A DNA stretch of 32,000 nt, from contig SUPR01000009.1 in assembly GCA_005191425.1 (NCBI GenBank), positions 1 through 32,000 on the forward strand, given 5' to 3'. Below, one piece after another: positions 26,688 through 32,000 of this stretch. The position numbers were made by a program, and so were the translations under genes. The DNA comes from Candidatus Helarchaeota ASGARD archaeon Hel_GB_B. Lineage in GTDB: Archaea; Asgardarchaeota; Lokiarchaeia; Helarchaeales; HEL-GB-B. The notes beneath the pieces are model-generated. The model searched no databases, was not told the DNA's origin, and saw only the letters and a list, made by a program, of their open reading frames with translations. Within the stretch, counting starts at the first letter, position 1. Each line of letters starts with the position of its first letter.

Positions 26688-27603
26688 CCGATATATCGTG
26701 AATTGATCTGAGACCGTTAATAACTTTATCTACTCCTTCTATTTTGAAGTCATTATTGTCTTCAATAAAACCAAGTAAGAATAACCGAACATTTTTATCT
26801 AATTGAATAGAGATTAATAAAGCTATTCCACTTAATAAATTAATTTTTATTTGATTTCCTAGGGATTTTTCGGTAGCAATATCATATAAAGTATTTAATG
26901 TTAATGCTAAACTATTTATAACTTCAGATGAAAAAGAATCTGCAGAATATTCATTAATAATTATATTTTTTTCGTTCATCAATAATACAGAATTGAAATT
27001 ATTGGTTAAAGCAAACTCTTCTAGTATTTTTCTAATTTTTTGTTCCTTACTTTCAGGCATTAAAATCATAAATGCTTTTGAAAAAGCAAAAAAAATAGTC
27101 CATCTATCGTAAATTGTCGTATTAAAAAATTTGATATTACTATTAGGAATAATTGAATTAATTTTTTCCCGGACATATCTAATATTGGACAAACAAGCTT
27201 CATCTTCTACTAAATCCGGGTCAAATTTATGACAGAATACAAAAATTTGTATATTATTTAAGTTATTTTCATGAAGCTTTTTTATAATTTTCTTAAAAAA
27301 AGTTATAGATTCGAGGATTCTTCGGTAATCTTGAATATCAATTACATATATTATTAAATCGGTGTCTAAAAGAGTGCATTCAATGTCATTTAAATATTTT
27401 TCACGCAATTTTCTTTGGCCAGGTACGTCCCAATTAATTATATTGCAACCAAAAATATTTTCCATTTTATGTCTTTCAATTTTAACTGTGGGAGTTTGAT
27501 TACTTATTAAACTATATTTCTCTTCTAGAATATTCAATATAGTGGATTTTCCACCATTATCTAGACCAAGAAACGCTATTTTTTTAATTTTCAATTTTTC
27601 CAC
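26677..27603 (-). CDS. Rag/Gtr-like small GTPase with C-terminal roadblock-like domain
   Basis: G1 GLDNGGKS, G3 WDVPGQ, G4 HKFD (His as in Rags), G5 TTIYD followed by FFAFSKAFMILMP, then a domain of about 115 aa with roadblock-like helix-strand pattern. Confidence 0.85.
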   Translation of the reverse strand: MEKLKIKKIAFLGLDNGGKSTILNILEEKYSLISNQTPTVKIERHKMENIFGCNIINWDVPGQRKLREKYLNDIECTLLDTDLIIYVIDIQDYRRILESITFFKKIIKKLHENNLNNIQIFVFCHKFDPDLVEDEACLSNIRYVREKINSIIPNSNIKFFNTTIYDRWTIFFAFSKAFMILMPESKEQKIRKILEEFALTNNFNSVLLMNEKNIIINEYSADSFSSEVINSLALTLNTLYDIATEKSLGNQIKINLLSGIALLISIQLDKNVRLFLLGFIEDNNDFKIEGVDKVINGLRSIHDISDVK

Positions 27604-27927
27604 TTTATTTTGAAAATTATTTCGTTATAGATATTTGTAATCATTACATTTTTGTCTTATTAGTATTTCATTTTTTTTTATATTTTAAAATATTATGATA
27701 GACACTTAATTGTAGTAAAAATTGGGATTTTTTTTTCAACATCACTAATCTAATTTAGAAAAACATTAATGTCAAAAAAATAACAAGGAAAATACTTTAA
27801 TTTTGTATCATTAATTTATATATAAACGAACAACGAATTTTTAACAAAATTCATATCCAATCAAAATCTTTTATTTACATAGTAAAAAAGAATATAAATA
27901 AATAAAATTTATATTGGTAAAAATAAA

Positions 27928-28419
27928 ATGCAGAATAAAGACAAAGATGAGGCGGATAAAGTAAAATATAATGTTAATGAGAGCAAAACTAATTCAAAGA
28001 TATATATAATTTGTCCAAAATGTGGGACAAAAATAGAATTAGAGGGGTGGAATTGTCCGTTTTGTAATAGTTTTAATACATTTGATTCCTTCTTTTGTAA
28101 AAAATGCGGTAAGAGAATAAAAAAACCAGATGGAACATTTATTCAAAAATATTCTGAGATAAAGGTAGGACTTGATGATAAAAGAAAAATGGTATATTCA
28201 ATAAAAATCTGGGGAAAAAATAAATTCAAGTTTAATGACCAGGATAAGAAAAATGAAGAAGAAAATATTGAAAAGTTATCTTTTGATAAATTCAGACATT
28301 GGAAAATAAGTGAAGGAAGATGTGAGAAATGTTTCGCAAAAATTCCGGAAAGACTCAAAAAATTAATGGAAAAAGGTTATAAAGTTAGGTGTGAAGTTTG
28401 CGATAATCCATTAAATTAA
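27928..28419 (+). CDS. Multi-zinc-ribbon protein
   Basis: Five CxxC pairs: CPKC, CPFC, CKKC, CEKC and CEVC. Confidence 0.8.
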   Translation: MQNKDKDEADKVKYNVNESKTNSKIYIICPKCGTKIELEGWNCPFCNSFNTFDSFFCKKCGKRIKKPDGTFIQKYSEIKVGLDDKRKMVYSIKIWGKNKFKFNDQDKKNEEENIEKLSFDKFRHWKISEGRCEKCFAKIPERLKKLMEKGYKVRCEVCDNPLN

Positions 28420-28511
28420 TTTGTTTTATATTTATAAAATAGAAATTTATAAACAATTCTTTTTTTTTACTATATTAAATTTTAATTAAATTAAATAGTT
28501 AGGCGGTTTTT

Positions 28512-29600
28512 TTGATCGATATTGAAATTGATGAGATGATTTTAACCTTAAAAAATTTAAATAAAGCAATTATTGGAATATTTCCACATATGATGGTACC
28601 ACTTGAATTAATTTATGCTACATTAAAATGTCATCCAGTTATATTATGTTTAGGTGGAAATGATGATATGGCAAATATTGGGACGGAGTACCTAACTCAA
28701 GCCACATGTCCTTTTGCAAGAGGTGCGATTGGGTATTTCAATACAGACGAGCCATTATATTCGCAAATAAAATATATAGTAGGCGGGAATTATTGTAATG
28801 GAGATTTAACAGCAAGTGAAATGATAACTTATTATTTTGACAGAGATATGATACCAATAGTTTTTCCAACTACCTCAAAATCATCTGCAGTTAAATTTTA
28901 TTATGAAGAATTAAAAAAATTTAAATCTCATTTAGAAAAAAAGTTTGATGTAATAATTAAAAATGACCAAATATATGATGCAATTGACAAATTTAATGAA
29001 ATGCGCCAATTATTTAGAAGAATTAATGAAGAAAAGATTAACAATTCAATAATAAATCATTTAGAATTACAAAATTTGCTATATGAAGCAATGATAGCTG
29101 GTCCAGACTATATAATCCCTAAGCTCCGCACAATACTTGAAAGTTCATCACAAGGTCAAATTGGACAGCATAAAGTGCTGCTTATTGGGTCAGTTATTGC
29201 TCTTGGTGATAAATTTTTGGAAATATTATTAGATCTAGATATTGACGTTGTAATAAATGATACAGAATTTGGTTTTGGATTTTTTGAAAAAGATATTGAA
29301 AAGAAGCATGATGACCCTTTAATGGATTTAACAGACTATTATTTAAAAAATACAATAGCAGCAAGAATGTACCCAAATAGTACTACAGTCCCTCGAGCTA
29401 TAAATTTTTATAAGAAATATGGAGCTAAAGGTGTTATTAACCATGTGCTCAAATTTTGTGATCCATATGTAGCTCATAAAGCATTATTTAAATCTAAAAT
29501 GCAAGAAGCAGGAATACCTTCCCTTGAAATTGAAAGGGATTATTCTGTTAATATAGGTCAATTAAAAACTAGAATTGAAGCTTTTATCGAGATGATTTAA
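28512..29600 (+). CDS. 2-hydroxyacyl-CoA dehydratase / benzoyl-CoA reductase family subunit (HgdB/BcrC-like)
   Basis: Three Fe-S cysteines (TCPFARG, NYCNGD, KFCDPY) and the C-terminal GQLKTRIEAFIEMI. TTG start; ATG 28536 is an alternative. Confidence 0.9.
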   Translation: MIDIEIDEMILTLKNLNKAIIGIFPHMMVPLELIYATLKCHPVILCLGGNDDMANIGTEYLTQATCPFARGAIGYFNTDEPLYSQIKYIVGGNYCNGDLTASEMITYYFDRDMIPIVFPTTSKSSAVKFYYEELKKFKSHLEKKFDVIIKNDQIYDAIDKFNEMRQLFRRINEEKINNSIINHLELQNLLYEAMIAGPDYIIPKLRTILESSSQGQIGQHKVLLIGSVIALGDKFLEILLDLDIDVVINDTEFGFGFFEKDIEKKHDDPLMDLTDYYLKNTIAARMYPNSTTVPRAINFYKKYGAKGVINHVLKFCDPYVAHKALFKSKMQEAGIPSLEIERDYSVNIGQLKTRIEAFIEMI

Positions 29601-30976
29601 TGACGCAATCAAGTGATGAAAATTATATCCCACAATATCGACCAATGATTAATGGGATTTTGATAGAGAATTATTTAAAATTAGTAATGGCATTTTTATC
29701 TTCAAAATCACAGATGCAATACTTTAGAAAGAGTGGTAAAAAAATTGGGATGATCTCTTTACCTTGGGGAAGAGAGTTTATTTTCGCATCTAAAGCTGTC
29801 CCAATTCATTTTCCAAGAGTCGGTAATTTTGAATCGCACCCAATCCTAAAGGCGTTAAATTTGGGTAAAAGTTTTGGCTGGACCAATTTAATGAATGTTG
29901 TCAGATCCTTAAAATATTTAACTGGTGATAAATTTTATGTAAAACTTATTTATGACTTTGTACACGCTATATTTTGGAATTATGATAGATATATAAAAAT
30001 TGGTGAAGAATCAGGTATATTTCCGTTAGATTCTTGTTTTGGTACCAGAATGTTGTATGGAAATATTGTAGATAATTCAGCAAATATTGATTTTAACTTA
30101 GGACTTGGTACCAGGTGTAATTGGTTTAGTAAATATTTTGAGATAGTAGAGGATTTTCCGAAACCAAGAAATAAAGGTAAAGTCCCATTATTATTACTGG
30201 AAATTCCCAATACATTTGATGACAATGGCTTTAATACTTTAAAAGAAAATATAAATCAACTTCTTGGAAATTTAGAAAAAATAACAGGGAATACAATTAC
30301 CAATAACGACCTTTATAAAAGCGCCGTAATATCAAATTCTATTAAAAAATATTTTAAAAAATTAATGATAATGTGGTCGGGTAATAATATAAAATTACCA
30401 CCATTAGCATATACTAACCTTTTTGCCTTATTGCATATTGCATTTACTGATTATCTTGGAGATGATAAATTTTTTGCTGATACACTAAAAAACTTAATTA
30501 CTGAACTGAAAAGTCCCTATAAGCAAAGTTATGACGTTTCAAATGTCCCGAAAATCGCTTTAATTAATCATTTTGGTGGTTATGAACCAGAATTACCATA
30601 TATAATTGATGAATTGGGTGGAAGATTAATAATTCCAGATTGGCACAGCCTTGGACTGCTTGAAGACACAAAAACTACAGGAGATATGATAGATAATTTT
30701 ACCCAAGATATTCTACATGTATCGTTTTGTTGGTGTAATAATTTAATAATGAGTAAAAATTGGGTGGATACAGTTGACAAGTTAAATGTTGACGGTGTAA
30801 TTTTTAATGCAACATATGGTTGTAAGTCGCTTACTCCAGCCCTTAAATTATTCCAAGATAAATTAAAAGAATTAGATAGACCAATACCTGCAACCTTTAT
30901 AAATTTTCAAAATATTGGAGATAATCTCGGACAAATAAAGACAAGAGTTGGTGCTTTAATTGAAATGATCAAGTAA
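29600..30976 (+). CDS. 2-hydroxyacyl-CoA dehydratase / benzoyl-CoA reductase family subunit (alpha-like)
   Basis: DSCFG, TRCNW, YGCKS and C-terminal GQIKTRVGALIEMI; 1-nt TAATG overlap with the previous gene. Confidence 0.85.
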   Translation: MTQSSDENYIPQYRPMINGILIENYLKLVMAFLSSKSQMQYFRKSGKKIGMISLPWGREFIFASKAVPIHFPRVGNFESHPILKALNLGKSFGWTNLMNVVRSLKYLTGDKFYVKLIYDFVHAIFWNYDRYIKIGEESGIFPLDSCFGTRMLYGNIVDNSANIDFNLGLGTRCNWFSKYFEIVEDFPKPRNKGKVPLLLLEIPNTFDDNGFNTLKENINQLLGNLEKITGNTITNNDLYKSAVISNSIKKYFKKLMIMWSGNNIKLPPLAYTNLFALLHIAFTDYLGDDKFFADTLKNLITELKSPYKQSYDVSNVPKIALINHFGGYEPELPYIIDELGGRLIIPDWHSLGLLEDTKTTGDMIDNFTQDILHVSFCWCNNLIMSKNWVDTVDKLNVDGVIFNATYGCKSLTPALKLFQDKLKELDRPIPATFINFQNIGDNLGQIKTRVGALIEMIK

Positions 30977-30992
30977 TAGTCGTGAAATTTTT

Positions 30993-32000
30993 ATGGAATT
31001 TTTAAGTGAAGACTTATTATCTCTTGCATTTATTAATCTGAGTTTAAAATATTTTAGTACCTTAGACCAAACCAAAAAAGCAAGGCGAAAAAAATACAAA
31101 TTAATCAGTACAATGTTTCCAATTCTTAATGAAGTAATTTTCTCTACCAAGGCTCTTCCATTATTTTTACCAAGAGTACCAATTTCTGGAGAAAAATATG
31201 ATGATATATCAAGAATATTAGGGGACATTAATTAGCCGAAGATATTTTGGGGTCAAATGTACTTACAAAAGGCATTGGTGTAGCTTCAAAAGTAATATCA
31301 TTAGATTCAATTGTTTTAAAGCAATTAGACCAAGTATATGCTAGCTATAAAAAATATGTAGATATCTGTGAACGGTCAAATAAATATTTTATATCTTGTT
31401 TTGGGACAGAATTATTTTATGGAGCTGTTCTCGATCACCATAAAAATCTAATTGATGCTAATCTTTCTTTTGGCACGCGATGTGTGAGTTTAAATAAAAG
31501 TTTTGAGTTAATTTCTCAAGTCGGAATAAAAGAGCTATTTATAGACATACCAAATTATGAGACTGAAACACCACATAGTCTTTATTATTTATATGACCAA
31601 ATTCAAGAATTCGCAATTAATCTTGAAGAGTTAGCTGGACCTATTGACGAAGAAAAAGTTATTAAATATACTGAGTTAATTAACAATATAAAAAATTTAT
31701 ATTTAGAGTTCTATTCATTCTTTAAAGAAAAATATCTTCCGATGAGGCCTACATCATTTCAGCACTTATTCTCAATGATTAATTTAAGTTATATTGATTT
31801 AATTTGTGCTCCAAAATATTTATACAGAAATTTAAAATCATTAATTCAAGAATTAAAGAGTAGAATTGTAGAAGGAAAAGGATTCGATTCCCCTGATTCT
31901 GTGAATTTGCTATTACTCCCAAGTTTCGGCGGTTATGATGGTGAATTGTGCAATTATGCTGCAGAAAATAATGCATTTGTATTTTATTCAGATTAGTGGT
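30993..32000 (+). pseudogene. Third dehydratase-family subunit, paralog of 29600..30976, frameshifted and with a nonsense codon; runs off the window
   Basis: Track ORFs 30993..31235 and 31247..31996 join with one restored base near 31232 (..GDIN/LAEDILGSN..). They align to the upstream paralog (PLFLPRV/PIHFPRV, SCFGT, GTRC, FGGYD/FGGYE). TAG 31994-31996 sits at the paralog's Trp (SD*W vs PDWH). Confidence 0.8.

Noticed and set aside
24659-31976. Short track ORFs 24659..24856, 25254..25460, 26464..26706, 28143..28358, 29194..29376, 29980..30225, 30580..30780, 30956..31228 and 31779..31976
   Set aside because: Shadow ORFs of supported genes with no motifs.
1-32000. Genome-wide reassignment of TAG (pyrrolysine-type code), suggested by three internal TAGs and only one TAG among 23 intact gene ends
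   Set aside because: The same broken genes also carry TGA stops or a frameshift, two TAGs map to Trp positions, TAG rarity is expected at this AT content, and no pyl genes are in the window. Retained only as a testable alternative.
1-32000. tRNA, rRNA, CRISPR array, IS element or intein
   Set aside because: No T-arm/cloverleaf in intergenic DNA, no regularly spaced repeats, no transposase motifs, and RadA is of normal length.

Overview
Very AT-rich archaeal chromosomal segment, most consistent with an Asgard archaeon (Loki-/Hel-like). The assignment rests on a RadA with Rad51/Dmc1-like motifs, a Rab-like GTPase, a Rag-like GTPase-roadblock fusion and a 7TM-longin fusion. I support 23 intact CDS and 3 multiply disrupted pseudogenes: a Spinster-like MFS, a polytopic membrane protein absent from the ORF track, and a third 2-hydroxyacyl-CoA dehydratase-family subunit running off the right edge. 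The metabolic content is lipid/acyl-CoA centred: two acyl-CoA ligases, a ceramidase-like hydrolase, SCP2, MmgE/PrpD, an FAD-linked oxidase and dehydratase subunits. The leading candidates for undescribed biology are (1) a tandem-GNAT protein that tracks eukaryotic N-myristoyltransferase along its length, (2) a 7TM-longin fusion with a divergent 7TM partner, (3) a Rag-like GTPase coupled to a Pat-like acetyltransferase, (4) a 387-aa unknown protein with an internal 21-aa repeat, and (5) a putative amide-lipid catabolic locus. No tRNA, rRNA, CRISPR array or transposase was seen. All family calls come from motif recognition by eye; no database search was run.
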